Part shown: positions 10,303 to 20,029 of the stretch, piece by piece
Layout of the letters: each line of letters opens with the position of its first letter
Position numbering within the stretch: position 1 is the stretch's first letter
Virus record (IMG/VR): IMGVR_UViG_3300003962_000117
Reading direction: 5' to 3' (one strand)
Origin: an uncultured virus (IMG/VR IMGVR_UViG_3300003962_000117)
Lineage: Duplodnaviria; Heunggongvirae; Uroviricota; Caudoviricetes
Length of the DNA stretch: 64,000 nucleotides
Position numbers and translations under genes: made by a program
The notes under the pieces: model-generated
Databases searched by the model: none
Told to the model about the DNA's origin: nothing
What the model saw: only the letters and a program-made list of their open reading frames with translations

Positions 10303-10846
10303 TCTAAATAATATGAAATCGAATAAAATAAAAGAAGTCCTTGAGGCACTTGGCGACTCTATCCAAAAGAAAAATATAGAGCTATACAAAAAGCTGGCTG
10401 ACGAAGCTGTCAATCACGACATTGATACACCGGAGGACTTCTATATGTCCTTGATTTATCCGCACGAGAATTTCCTGAAAGGACTTATTCAGACAGAGAT
10501 AAGCAAGAATCATGAAGTAATTTTTTTGCTCATCCATTCCAATTATGTAGAGAATCATTTTGTAAAATTCATAAAAGACATCGAGGGCTTTGCCTGTTCT
10601 GCCGACAAGTCAAGAACGATTATGAATCGCCTGCTCAAGTGGTTCAAGGATGGCTCCCGAATAGAGTTCGACTATAATGCTGAATATACTTACCATCTCC
10701 CGAAAAGTGTTTTCACTACCCATGATGAAATAATAGAGTTCTATGAAGGCGTGAAAAGATTGTACTACGGCAACAGCAAAGAATATTTGGTTGCCATCAA
10801 AAACATTTATTCCAAAATTAAAAAAGATGGCTCAAGTCAACAGTGA
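10295..10846 (+). CDS. hypothetical protein
   Basis: 183-aa packed ORF. Confidence 0.7.
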   Translation: MFNLNNMKSNKIKEVLEALGDSIQKKNIELYKKLADEAVNHDIDTPEDFYMSLIYPHENFLKGLIQTEISKNHEVIFLLIHSNYVENHFVKFIKDIEGFACSADKSRTIMNRLLKWFKDGSRIEFDYNAEYTYHLPKSVFTTHDEIIEFYEGVKRLYYGNSKEYLVAIKNIYSKIKKDGSSQQ

Positions 10847-11171
10847 TAGTATGGCTGACGAAAAAATCATTTGCTCGGCAGTTTGGTATAAAGAGTTGCC
10901 GCTCAAGAAAAATGATATTCCAAAATCAAACATTTACCCCGTGAACGTAGATAGGGGGATTGTTTTCTGCGGATACCGACATCCGCATTGCTTGTATTCG
11001 ATGGTTGCGCTCACCGGACTCCGGCAATGTGAAGCCGGAGAAGAGGTGCAAGGATTCCTGACAAACAAGAACAGATTCGTTGACCGCGAAGAGGGCGCGA
11101 GGATTCACTTGGCCAATGGCGGCAAACTGAACTATTCATCCAAAAGATTATTCAGCGAGGACTTATATTGA
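10827..11171 (+). CDS. hypothetical phage protein
   Basis: CGYRH...QGFLTNKNRFVDREE...LFSEDLY, a recurrent phage family. Confidence 0.7.
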   Translation: MAQVNSDSMADEKIICSAVWYKELPLKKNDIPKSNIYPVNVDRGIVFCGYRHPHCLYSMVALTGLRQCEAGEEVQGFLTNKNRFVDREEGARIHLANGGKLNYSSKRLFSEDLY

Positions 11172-11393
11172 ATGTCCCGTTTTTTTTGAAGAGGCTATTA
11201 AATAAAAATGACATTAGGGGTAGATAGATTAACTGACGAGGAGCTATTGAAAGTAGTTATGACTTGCGCTGATATGTGCAGAACATCTATTGGGGCAATA
11301 TTGGACAAACTTGAAAAGAAGGACATAGAAAGATTTATAAAAACTCTAATTAAGCACAAAGAGCTGTGGGATAAGTAATTCTGTTATAGAAAA

Positions 11394-11705
11394 ATGGACT
11401 TTGAAGGCAAATATATTGACGAGCTGATTGAACTCAGAAGGGAGGCGCGGGAAAATAAAAACTGGGAGCTATCGGACGAAATACGAAATTATCTTGACAC
11501 GAAGCTGGTATTCATATTTGATACAAAGGCTGGCCAAGAAATTTATTACCTAACCGAAAGTTATTTCAGAAATCAGGAACGGGAAATAGAAACATTCGCC
11601 ATGAGCAAAAGGCAATATGTGGAACATCGAATCAAACAAGATATTGCTGCAATTAAAAATTTTGATGCGTGGCTATACTCAATACGAAAGAGCGCGGGAT
11701 TATGA
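11394..11705 (+). CDS. stand-alone protein resembling the CysRS C-terminal anticodon-binding domain
   Basis: IDELIELRREARENKNWELSDEIRNYL...IFDTKAG matches CysS R..AR..K.W..SD.IR..L...D...G pattern. Confidence 0.65.
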   Translation: MDFEGKYIDELIELRREARENKNWELSDEIRNYLDTKLVFIFDTKAGQEIYYLTESYFRNQEREIETFAMSKRQYVEHRIKQDIAAIKNFDAWLYSIRKSAGL

Positions 11706-11974
11706 AAAAGATAATTGACATCAAGGATATGCCCAACTTCAACGAAGCGGTGGCCAACGGAGCAGATAGCGTGTCTGCCGGAAAAGTCACATTGGAGTTC
11801 CATGAATCATCATTGTCGAACTTCTGGTCGCGAGTTCCGAGAAGCACTATCCATGAATTGAGGATTGGCTATTATCCGACCTGTCATCGGCACGGGGTTT
11901 TACTATGCGTCTCGGAGGATTGTAGAATCTGGCGGTGCATCGCTTGTAACGAAGGTTGCTATGTCATTGAATAG
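11702..11974 (+). CDS. hypothetical Cys-rich protein
   Basis: ATGA overlap. Confidence 0.55.
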   Translation: MKKIIDIKDMPNFNEAVANGADSVSAGKVTLEFHESSLSNFWSRVPRSTIHELRIGYYPTCHRHGVLLCVSEDCRIWRCIACNEGCYVIE

Positions 11975-12129
11975 TGCCCGTCCCAGCGATTTGCGTGCGC
12001 TCAGGGCGAGCGAAATGGGTTTTCCGGACTGGAGCCTCAGAACCGGAATCGGGACGAATAGGCTCAATTTAATGCGAGGAGACCATTACAAAATGACGAA
12101 TCGCAGGTTGTACATTACTGCTGAATTAT

Positions 12130-12285
12130 GTAACTCATTGATAATCAATATGATTAAATGTTAATAACTTTTGGCACAATATAGGTTGAGTATTCAGATA
12201 ATTTGTAATTTTGGCTTGTCAATCAGGGAGAATCCGGCTGCCTCAACAAAAAGTGCCGGAGCAACAAAATAGAAAACCTAAAATG
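12130..12285 (+). promoter_or_regulatory. Bacteroidota-type promoter plus hairpin leader (copy 2)
   Basis: TAATTTTG 12206-12213, ATTGATAATCAAT 12137-12149, TCCGGC/GCCGGA hairpin 12233-12260. Confidence 0.75.
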
Positions 12286-12537
12286 AAAATCTCTCAGCTA
12301 ATTTCCAAACTCCAAATCCTACAAGAGAAGCATGGTGATAATGACCTGCGCTTCACAGCAAAAGACGCTTTCTCTCGCTACGGAGAAGAAATCTCTATTG
12401 ACCTAAGAGTTGGCGACACAACCGGACTCCCTTCTGACTGGAATGACGTTGCATCGAATGGAAGCGGAACAACTACGCTCCTGTTCTGCATAAATCACAA
12501 GGACGGAAAATCACCTAAAATAACTTTCAGAAAGTGA
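12283..12537 (+). CDS. hypothetical protein
   Basis: ATG after conserved leader; MKISQLISKLQ..KHGD. Confidence 0.7.
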   Translation: MKISQLISKLQILQEKHGDNDLRFTAKDAFSRYGEEISIDLRVGDTTGLPSDWNDVASNGSGTTTLLFCINHKDGKSPKITFRK

Positions 12538-12558
12538 AACCCTAAAACCAATCACACG

Positions 12559-12957
12559 ATGAAGAAAGAATATACAAGAGAAGAGCTGATACAAATTTGC
12601 AAAGACGCCATTGTCCCTTGCGAAAAATGGAATGACAGAGATAGTTACTCTTCTCAGGTTTTAATCTCGGACATCCACGCACTTTTATCTACCGGAGCAG
12701 AATTTGAAATCGGAGAGAATACTGATGACGATACTATTTGGATTTATTTTAAGAATCTCACTGAGGAGCAAAAAAACAATCGTCATCAATATCAACTATC
12801 CATTGACAGTAGGGAAGATTATTTTGAAAAGCGTGACCCCGATTACGAAACCGAAATGTTTGATGGGCATGGGATTGATATTAATTCAAGTTATCTGGGA
12901 GGATATATGCCTACAAGAAAGAGGCTTGAAGAAAGCAATGGGGAGGACTGGTATTAA
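12559..12957 (+). CDS. hypothetical protein
   Basis: ORF after GAAACCCTAAAA leader. Confidence 0.7.
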   Translation: MKKEYTREELIQICKDAIVPCEKWNDRDSYSSQVLISDIHALLSTGAEFEIGENTDDDTIWIYFKNLTEEQKNNRHQYQLSIDSREDYFEKRDPDYETEMFDGHGIDINSSYLGGYMPTRKRLEESNGEDWY

Positions 12958-12991
12958 AAAAAATAAATAGAAACTCTAAAACCAACTAACT

Positions 12992-13294
12992 ATGGAAATC
13001 ACAAGAGGCACAATGAGGGCTGACGGAAAAACAGTCGGTCAGGCAATGGACGAGGACGCAGCATTCCTCCGCAGCATAGGAATTGATGCTAAGGACGGTG
13101 AGCCGACATTCGATGAAAAGAGGGTGGCGTTGCAAGAGAAGGTCAGAAGCGCTGTTCTTGATGCCCTCGATTCAGTTTCTCCGTCCGGAAAAGGATGGGA
13201 GGATAAGGACTTGACCAATCTCTTCAAAGGTCTCGACCAGCATTCCGAAGAATTATTCTACCGCTTGTTTGATGCCGGATACAGAAAATTTTAA
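12992..13294 (+). CDS. hypothetical protein
   Basis: ORF after AGAAACTCTAAAA leader. Confidence 0.7.
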   Translation: MEITRGTMRADGKTVGQAMDEDAAFLRSIGIDAKDGEPTFDEKRVALQEKVRSAVLDALDSVSPSGKGWEDKDLTNLFKGLDQHSEELFYRLFDAGYRKF

Positions 13295-13330
13295 TCATTC
13301 AAAAAACAGAAATCCTAATAACAAATTATC

Positions 13331-13561
13331 ATGAGCGACTTCAAATCAGAAATCAAGTCCATCCTAAACAATCACGGCTTCACTGAATCAGAACACGCAT
13401 CAGTATTCGAGGCAATGGCCGAAATCATGGAGGCCACCGCAGACCAAATCGAGGCGCATGAGCCTTATGCTAATGTGAGCATCAATTCTTTCAGAGCAAT
13501 ATCGGGCGACTTGTCTGACATGGAAAGTTTCGTGGACGAATATTCATACAATAATAAATAA
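13331..13561 (+). CDS. hypothetical acidic protein
   Basis: ORF after AGAAATCCTAATA leader. Confidence 0.65.
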   Translation: MSDFKSEIKSILNNHGFTESEHASVFEAMAEIMEATADQIEAHEPYANVSINSFRAISGDLSDMESFVDEYSYNNK

Positions 13562-13567
13562 AATCAC

Positions 13568-14191
13568 ATGAGAAACGAAATAATTCATGCACAAGCAGGC
13601 GAGCACATTGATGCGTTCACTGAAAAGCTGGTATCCCACTGGGAATACTTGGCAACAAAAATAAACGACAAAGAGCTCACCGTCTCTGGCGACTTTAATG
13701 GCGTAACTCTGACGGCTACCGGAAAAGAAACTCCTGAGATGCTCCAGAAACATTTCTCTGTCGAAATGAACAAGCAAGTTGAAGAGTATCGCAATTCCGA
13801 TGAATACAAAGCTCAGGAAGAGCGCAGGAGCAAAGAGGTCATTGAGCTCCAAAAGAAACATGATGCGCTGATTGCAAGCATTCCAAATCATGACTTCAAG
13901 GATTATGGCGCAACATTGGACTTGGTATATCGGTATTACGAAGTCACCGACCATGTTGGCGTCCAGAAAAATCATGGTTCTTTCATTGAGACCCTCGAAA
14001 AGAATGGCTATCTCCCGAATGCAAACACCGGAAGCCAATTCAAGAAAGATGACCCAGAGAATCATGCCAGATACTTAATCGGACAGTTCATGAGCTGCAC
14101 CAAAAGCATGGGTGCTTGCCCTCCGGTCATGGATAGCTTCTACAAAGAGTATGTAAAAATGTTTCGGAAAACAGAACCCTCAATCGCATAA
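13568..14191 (+). CDS. hypothetical protein
   Basis: 207-aa packed ORF. Confidence 0.7.
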   Translation: MRNEIIHAQAGEHIDAFTEKLVSHWEYLATKINDKELTVSGDFNGVTLTATGKETPEMLQKHFSVEMNKQVEEYRNSDEYKAQEERRSKEVIELQKKHDALIASIPNHDFKDYGATLDLVYRYYEVTDHVGVQKNHGSFIETLEKNGYLPNANTGSQFKKDDPENHARYLIGQFMSCTKSMGACPPVMDSFYKEYVKMFRKTEPSIA

Positions 14192-14194
14192 CCA

Positions 14195-14605
14195 ATGACT
14201 ACCGCCACTACGACTGACTACCAAAAGCAAGCTCAGGACTTTCTCGACAAGACCGGAGCGAAATTATCCATTAGCTATTTGAAGCATGGAAAATATTTCG
14301 ATGACGACAAAGACTCTCGCGATATTTATTCCTGCACCTTGAAGCGCGGAAAGAAGTCCTACAAATTCAATTTTGGTCAGAGTATCCGCAATAGCGATTT
14401 CGGAATCAAGCCGACCGCATACGACATCCTGACTTGTCTCCAGAAATATGACGTGGGCGACTTTGAAAACTTCTGCGGAGAGTTCGGCTACGACACCGAC
14501 AGCCGGAAAGCCGAAAATACTTACAAGGCAGTTGACAAAGAATACAAGTCGCTGGCGAAACTGTTTTCTGAAAATGAATTATCGCTCATGGCGGAAATCC
14601 AATGA
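14195..14605 (+). CDS. hypothetical phage protein
   Basis: PTAYDILTCL...FENFCGEFGYDTDSRKA motif, recurrent phage family. Confidence 0.7.
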   Translation: MTTATTTDYQKQAQDFLDKTGAKLSISYLKHGKYFDDDKDSRDIYSCTLKRGKKSYKFNFGQSIRNSDFGIKPTAYDILTCLQKYDVGDFENFCGEFGYDTDSRKAENTYKAVDKEYKSLAKLFSENELSLMAEIQ

Positions 14606-14946
14606 TGCACGACCAAAAAACATACGAGGCATTCATAAGGCGGATGGAGAAGAAGCTCGTTCTGGCTCTCAAAGAAGATGAGAGGCTCAGGAAGGTTGCA
14701 AGGTCTGTGCTGGATGGAGTTAAGCATCATACCGTAGATACTACGAGCGGGAAAGTAACCGGAAGGCTTGTCCCTCCTCATCTTAAAAAGGCAAGCGATG
14801 AAGCGTGGGATGCAGTAACAAAACACGAACTTCATGTCGTAAACAGTATCAAGAGTGACATTGGAAATGCAAGGAGAGCAATATTTATCGTCCAGTATGC
14901 CGAACAGCAAATCGGAGAAATGAAATTTAAACATAAAATCAAATAA
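14602..14946 (+). CDS. hypothetical protein
   Basis: ATGA overlap. Confidence 0.6.
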   Translation: MMHDQKTYEAFIRRMEKKLVLALKEDERLRKVARSVLDGVKHHTVDTTSGKVTGRLVPPHLKKASDEAWDAVTKHELHVVNSIKSDIGNARRAIFIVQYAEQQIGEMKFKHKIK

Positions 14947-15144
14947 CGATTACCATGAAAAAGAAAGTAAGAGACCTGTCAGAAGGAGACATCGTTCAAA
15001 CCGAAATCGGGGAAAGGGCTGTCAGAAAAGTAGAGAGACAAGTAGTATCTTCTGCCTACGACATTCACTTTACCAACGGAGATTACTCTATGGGTCATGG
15101 ACTGGACGAAGTAGAAGTGAAAATCAGATAACAACTCAATCACA

Positions 15145-15372
15145 ATGAATACAGAAATCAAACTTAACGAAAAAGTTCTTGCTGACAACTATCCTGTCTA
15201 TGGAGGCTATTTGTATGTATGCGATGGCAAGGTAGTAAGGAGCGACTTAATGGAAGGAACGGTAGCAGACCTCAAAAGAGATTTGCGCAATCACTTCAAG
15301 CTGGAAGCAAAGATGATTACTTCGTGTGACATTGAAGGGCGAAGAAAGATATTGCAAGCTCAGGAGAAGTAA
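15145..15372 (+). CDS. hypothetical protein
   Basis: packed ORF. Confidence 0.6.
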   Translation: MNTEIKLNEKVLADNYPVYGGYLYVCDGKVVRSDLMEGTVADLKRDLRNHFKLEAKMITSCDIEGRRKILQAQEK

Positions 15373-15402
15373 AAAAAAATAGAAACCAAAAACACCAATA
15401 TC

Positions 15403-15600
15403 ATGTCAACGAAAATCGTAAAATCACTCAGCGAAAAAACTGAGTTCGAGATTCAAGCCGGAGGCGTTACATCATTCGTCTCGTGGGAGCGTCTGAAAAA
15501 GCATCTGGAGACCGAAGTCGGAATCAGGGGCTCTGAGCGGATTGAGGGCATCATCGCGAACGAACAGGGGGTTCATGTACGAATCGGGCATAAAGAATAA
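15403..15600 (+). CDS. hypothetical protein
   Basis: ORF after AGAAACCAAAA leader. Confidence 0.6.
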   Translation: MSTKIVKSLSEKTEFEIQAGGVTSFVSWERLKKHLETEVGIRGSERIEGIIANEQGVHVRIGHKE

Positions 15601-15607
15601 TTACGAT

Positions 15608-15847
15608 ATGGCTAAAAAAATCTGGGATAAAAGATATGACGGCACTTCCGAGTCCTACTCTTTGAGCAAAGAGTATTGTTCGGATTGGTTTGCGTCTGTC
15701 TTTATGCATGAAGGCAAATGGACATTTCGGTTCGGCAGGCGCGGGACGCATGAATCATATTCGTCATCCAAGAAATTTTTGACGCCCGAATCCGCCAAGA
15801 CGTCTGCGCTAAAATATTTGTCACAAAAAACATTCTTAAAGCGATGA
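15608..15847 (+). CDS. hypothetical protein
   Basis: packed ORF. Confidence 0.6.
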   Translation: MAKKIWDKRYDGTSESYSLSKEYCSDWFASVFMHEGKWTFRFGRRGTHESYSSSKKFLTPESAKTSALKYLSQKTFLKR

Positions 15848-16047
15848 AAAAATCAGAAGTAAAAATACCAGTCAAATTCGGGGACATATTAGGCTCCGGC
15901 CATTGGATTGACGTCTGCAATAAGTATGGCCTCAACGAATGGTGTATCAACGAAGGGCGGGCAGACCGCGATGATACCATTGATATAACCATTGCAGATG
16001 CGGAGAGGTATGGCCTGCTGAAAAACGATGACGACAATAACAATTAA
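15844..16047 (+). CDS. hypothetical protein
   Basis: ATGA overlap. Confidence 0.6.
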   Translation: MKKSEVKIPVKFGDILGSGHWIDVCNKYGLNEWCINEGRADRDDTIDITIADAERYGLLKNDDDNNN

Positions 16048-16303
16048 GGCGATTATGAACTCACACAAAACATTCATTCAGCAATCCTCTGGCTACAAAT
16101 GGAATGTAATCGCTATATCCTCTCTGGATGCCGACCGCGCTTGCCATATCGCCCAGAGAGAGGCGCTGGAAAAAGCAAAAGAAGTTCTCAAGGGAATGCC
16201 CCGCAAAGACAACAACTGGATAAACATTGATGACGCTATCCGGCATATTGGCTCTCTCAAGGATTCAGTACCGGACGGATGGAAAAAATAATCAACTATA
16301 AAA

Positions 16304-16504
16304 ATGAAAATAAAAATTCCAGAAATCACAAATCGTCAGGAGCGAATGCTGAAAAAGGGCAAAGCTGTACAACTCATCAAAGTGCCAAAAGGCAAGCGCA
16401 TTTTTTGGTACAAAGACGGGAAACACTACAAACTTGTATTAGCGGAGCCCTTGCAACGCTCGCCAAAAATAAGAACTCGTTCACAAAAATGCCAGCTCAA
16501 ATGA
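16304..16504 (+). CDS. hypothetical basic protein
   Basis: packed ORF. Confidence 0.55.
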   Translation: MKIKIPEITNRQERMLKKGKAVQLIKVPKGKRIFWYKDGKHYKLVLAEPLQRSPKIRTRSQKCQLK

Positions 16505-17028
16505 ATGTAACAATAGAGAGCATTAAGGACGAGGTATCGAAAGAATATTCGACTCGCCAAAAGCGTAAGATTGAAAATTGGGAAAACGCCATAAGCGAAT
16601 ACTGCAAAGGCTATCTCGATGAAAAAGTCCTTGAAGAAATAATCAATCGCTCCATCAGGCTTTATCACACCCGTAAATGCGAGGAAGCCGGAAAGGACTT
16701 GCCGGATTCAAAATTCGTCCCGCACTATCACCATGTTGACTCAAACGAAGTTGGCGCTGAATGGATGAAGGGCAGAGCCATATCAATCCTTGCTTCTCTC
16801 AGGATACAGTTGGACGCAAAGGACGAAGAAAGAGAAGCGGCAATAACTCAACTAAATAATGGCTGGGATGCCGATAGGAAAAATTTATCTGACCAGCTCA
16901 AGCAAGCAAAAGAAAAGACAGAAAAGCTGAGAGCGAGATTAAGAAATCACGAATGCCTTAACTGCGGCTCAGGGAATCTTATAGGAGGAAATTTAATAAT
17001 CTGCAAAGACTGCGAATACAGACAATAA
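16501..17028 (+). CDS. hypothetical protein, coiled coil plus C-terminal zinc ribbon
   Basis: ATGA overlap; CLNC...CKDC. Confidence 0.6.
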   Translation: MNVTIESIKDEVSKEYSTRQKRKIENWENAISEYCKGYLDEKVLEEIINRSIRLYHTRKCEEAGKDLPDSKFVPHYHHVDSNEVGAEWMKGRAISILASLRIQLDAKDEEREAAITQLNNGWDADRKNLSDQLKQAKEKTEKLRARLRNHECLNCGSGNLIGGNLIICKDCEYRQ

Positions 17029-17038
17029 AAAATCCAAC

Positions 17039-17416
17039 ATGAAAACAATTATCATCCTACTTTCGATTATCACCATCAGCATCATTACCGGATGCAATGA
17101 TGACAATAAATTTCCGTACCGTTATGCCCATCGAGAGCAAGTGCCGGATAGCTTGCGGGGTGACATGGCGAGATTCATTACCGAAACAGTTCGAGCTGCC
17201 GACCAGCACCTAACTACTTCCGATTACGAGGACGTGGATGACGTAGTTGAGGAAGTGACGTACTCTGCCAATAAAGTGTATTCCATTCCGGTCGCTGGAC
17301 TGGAATATAACGACCCAGACGACCAATATACCGATAGTTGGGCATTTATTCCATACAATCAATTATCTGGCAACCAAAAGGCTATTTTCGACTCACTAAA
17401 GGCACATCAACAATAA
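17039..17416 (+). CDS. putative lipoprotein
   Basis: MKT + hydrophobic stretch + ITGC lipobox. Confidence 0.7.
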   Translation: MKTIIILLSIITISIITGCNDDNKFPYRYAHREQVPDSLRGDMARFITETVRAADQHLTTSDYEDVDDVVEEVTYSANKVYSIPVAGLEYNDPDDQYTDSWAFIPYNQLSGNQKAIFDSLKAHQQ

Positions 17417-17430
17417 AAATAAAACCAATC

Positions 17431-17970
17431 ATGAAAAAAAGAATCACGATTTTTGCTTTATGCGCATTTGCATTTATTCTTCTAACGAATGCCGATAGCT
17501 GCACCCCAACTCCAACTACGCAGGACATCGAGCAAAGCAAGGTGGAAGAAAATCAAAAACGATTAATGACCGAAACGGATATTCCAATTTTACATAGCTC
17601 TCTCGACAGGAAGCAAATATCAAAGCGACTGGTAATGTTTGAAGATGAAAACAAAGTCAGCTATATTTATCTTATAAGTTTTGGGAAAGTAATGGCTTTC
17701 TATCCAGTCAAAGGGAAAGTAACATCTGGCTCCAAGCGACTCACGACCAATGAAAAACTTGAAAGAGGAGATGGAGGTGAATATAGTTGCGACTTCGTAA
17801 TGGAATCGCCAAGTTTAGACGGAACGTATGGGTCGTCTGATTCCTATATTTTCTTCTGGACAACCGATGGAACCTATATTCAATGGAACGATGCGTACCT
17901 TTTATGCGACAAACCTCTAAAGATTACTACGCAGCCGGAGCTTATTTATGACGTCACTCCGAAGAAATAA
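17431..17970 (+). CDS. exported/lipoprotein-like phage protein
   Basis: signal peptide, ADSC, PSLDGTYGSSD motif. Confidence 0.7.
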   Translation: MKKRITIFALCAFAFILLTNADSCTPTPTTQDIEQSKVEENQKRLMTETDIPILHSSLDRKQISKRLVMFEDENKVSYIYLISFGKVMAFYPVKGKVTSGSKRLTTNEKLERGDGGEYSCDFVMESPSLDGTYGSSDSYIFFWTTDGTYIQWNDAYLLCDKPLKITTQPELIYDVTPKK

Positions 17971-18003
17971 AAAAAACAATTCATCATAAAAACCAAACCA
18001 AAA

Positions 18004-18495
18004 ATGACAACTCAAAATAACAACAATCGCACATGGGAGAGTCACGAACAGGAGTTCCTGAATAACCCCAAAAGAATGGTAAGGAGATTTATCCTATGGG
18101 TCATCGGACTATCGCTCCTGATTGGAGCGGGCTTCTGGGTGATTGACCTTGTTACAACGCCAGCGCAGACCGCCAAAGATGTTATCAAGAAAACATTGGA
18201 TGCGAACAATGTCATTCAAAATTACGAGTGGTTCAAGCAGCAATACAATGACTACCAAGCCATCAATACCAAAATAAATGATGCCGATAGCGCAGTGGTC
18301 AGATTTAAGCGCGAAGCCGGAGAGAGGTCTAAGTGGACGATGGAGGACAAGAATGAATCCAGCCGACTGCAAAGCATTTCCGATGGACTTAGGTTCCAGA
18401 GGGCGGACATTGCGGGAAAATACAACGCCCAAAGCAAGATGCTCAATCGGGAGTTGTTTAAGACCAGCGACCTTCCGGCAGAGCTTCCTCAATAA
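18004..18495 (+). CDS. membrane-anchored coiled-coil protein
   Basis: TM helix then NYEWF...YNAQS. Confidence 0.7.
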   Translation: MTTQNNNNRTWESHEQEFLNNPKRMVRRFILWVIGLSLLIGAGFWVIDLVTTPAQTAKDVIKKTLDANNVIQNYEWFKQQYNDYQAINTKINDADSAVVRFKREAGERSKWTMEDKNESSRLQSISDGLRFQRADIAGKYNAQSKMLNRELFKTSDLPAELPQ

Positions 18496-18529
18496 CGAAT
18501 AATCATTAGCGGGTAAAAAACAACTGGAC

Positions 18530-19783
18530 ATGAAAACAGAAAGCGAACAAGACCTTGACATCCAAGAGCTGATTACTGACTTAAAGAATCAGACCAAAAT
18601 CAAAAAGGACTATGTAGTCCCATCCAATTTCTTCGAGATGAAAAACGGAGAACTCCGGATTGTGAATCATAATGGAGAAAATAAAGTGCTGCACGATTTG
18701 CTTGTGGGTACTGGAATTTCCGTCCCGAATGATTTAGCTGAAAAGGAGCGCAGGATTACGCTCACCCCGCTCGATGTGTGCCATCATCACCTTTCGGAGA
18801 AGCTGGGAATACCGAAGAGGTATTATGACAAGATGAACAGCAAGAGCAATGTATCGCTGCTGGATAATAATGTCACCCACTGGTTCAAAGGAGGCGGAGA
18901 GAAGAATTACTTGGTCAGGACTTTCATTGACCCGAAGGAAGGCAAGGGTATTGCGCGGGCAATCTTGTCTGACCGATTCCTCCCCATTGACAACTTCGAT
19001 ATTCTGCTGGCTTGCTTGGATGCAATCAGGAGAGCGAACATTGACCCCAAACTTTTTGACATCAAAGGAGAAATCACCGAGAAGAGATTCTATGCCCGAT
19101 TCTCTGTTCCGTCCATCGAAGTGGATGCGCCAAATCTCCTCAAGAAATACCGTTCACCGGACGACCCCGATGGAAATGTCACGAGCACGGGAATCATGAG
19201 TGGGTTCGTCATCACCAATTCCGAAGTTGGTCATGGTCAATTTTCTATCAGCCCCCGCGTAGTAATTCTCAAATGCAAGAACGGGCTTTCGTTCACTGAG
19301 GATGCGTTTGAGAAAAAGCATCTGGGGGCGCAGCTCGATGAGTTCGCGCAAATTATCTGGAGCGATGAGACAAGAGAAAAAAATCGGGAGCTCATCATCA
19401 GCCAAATCAAAGACCGCATCAAACAATTTTTGAATCCGGCATATCTGGGAGCAAAAATCAGGAAGCTGGAAAAGCTCGCAGACAAGGAACTCAATTACCC
19501 GAATGATACGGTTCAGAATGTATGCTCATCGCTCAATCTCGATGAAGAAGCTGAAAGAAGCATTATCAATGCCTTCACTAAAGGCGCAGACCCGTCCCCT
19601 TTTGGCGTGGCGCAAGCCATAACCTATTACGCCCACACAGAAGCGGATGCCGACCAGCGCTATGACATGGAGGCTCAAGCCATAGAGATTATGGAGAAGA
19701 TTGACAGCTTCGACAAGCCTTTTGTGCGCGACAAAAAGACTGGACAGCTCGAACTTCCACCATTTGAATCAATAGCGAATTGA
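18530..19783 (+). CDS. DUF932-like phage protein
   Basis: KLGIPKRYYDKM, RAILSDRF, NSEVGHG, CKNG motifs. Confidence 0.7.
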   Translation: MKTESEQDLDIQELITDLKNQTKIKKDYVVPSNFFEMKNGELRIVNHNGENKVLHDLLVGTGISVPNDLAEKERRITLTPLDVCHHHLSEKLGIPKRYYDKMNSKSNVSLLDNNVTHWFKGGGEKNYLVRTFIDPKEGKGIARAILSDRFLPIDNFDILLACLDAIRRANIDPKLFDIKGEITEKRFYARFSVPSIEVDAPNLLKKYRSPDDPDGNVTSTGIMSGFVITNSEVGHGQFSISPRVVILKCKNGLSFTEDAFEKKHLGAQLDEFAQIIWSDETREKNRELIISQIKDRIKQFLNPAYLGAKIRKLEKLADKELNYPNDTVQNVCSSLNLDEEAERSIINAFTKGADPSPFGVAQAITYYAHTEADADQRYDMEAQAIEIMEKIDSFDKPFVRDKKTGQLELPPFESIAN

Positions 19784-19807
19784 TTCGAGGTATTAAATAA
19801 GGCCAAC

Positions 19808-20011
19808 ATGAAATTGTCAGAAAAATTTTTAGATAAGATGAACAAGCGGCAAAGGGTGAGAGGAACTCCCGAATATCAACTTTCAGATATAAAAGCATAC
19901 GGACTTATTTGTAGATACGAAGGAGGACTAACTTCGACAAATGATGACGGTAAAAGAAAGTTTTTTATGGAGCAGCTTATTGATATAGCAAACGAGCTTG
20001 ACATCAAATGA
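19808..20011 (+). CDS. hypothetical protein
   Basis: packed ORF. Confidence 0.55.
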   Translation: MKLSEKFLDKMNKRQRVRGTPEYQLSDIKAYGLICRYEGGLTSTNDDGKRKFFMEQLIDIANELDIK

Positions 20012-20029
20012 CCTTTTCAAAAAAAAATC

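Noticed and set aside
538..15393. CRISPR array or telomere-like (CCCTAAA) repeat interpretation of the AGAAACCCTAAAA motif
   Set aside because: Copies are separated by whole genes at irregular distances; no constant spacers, no tandem copies, no cas operon
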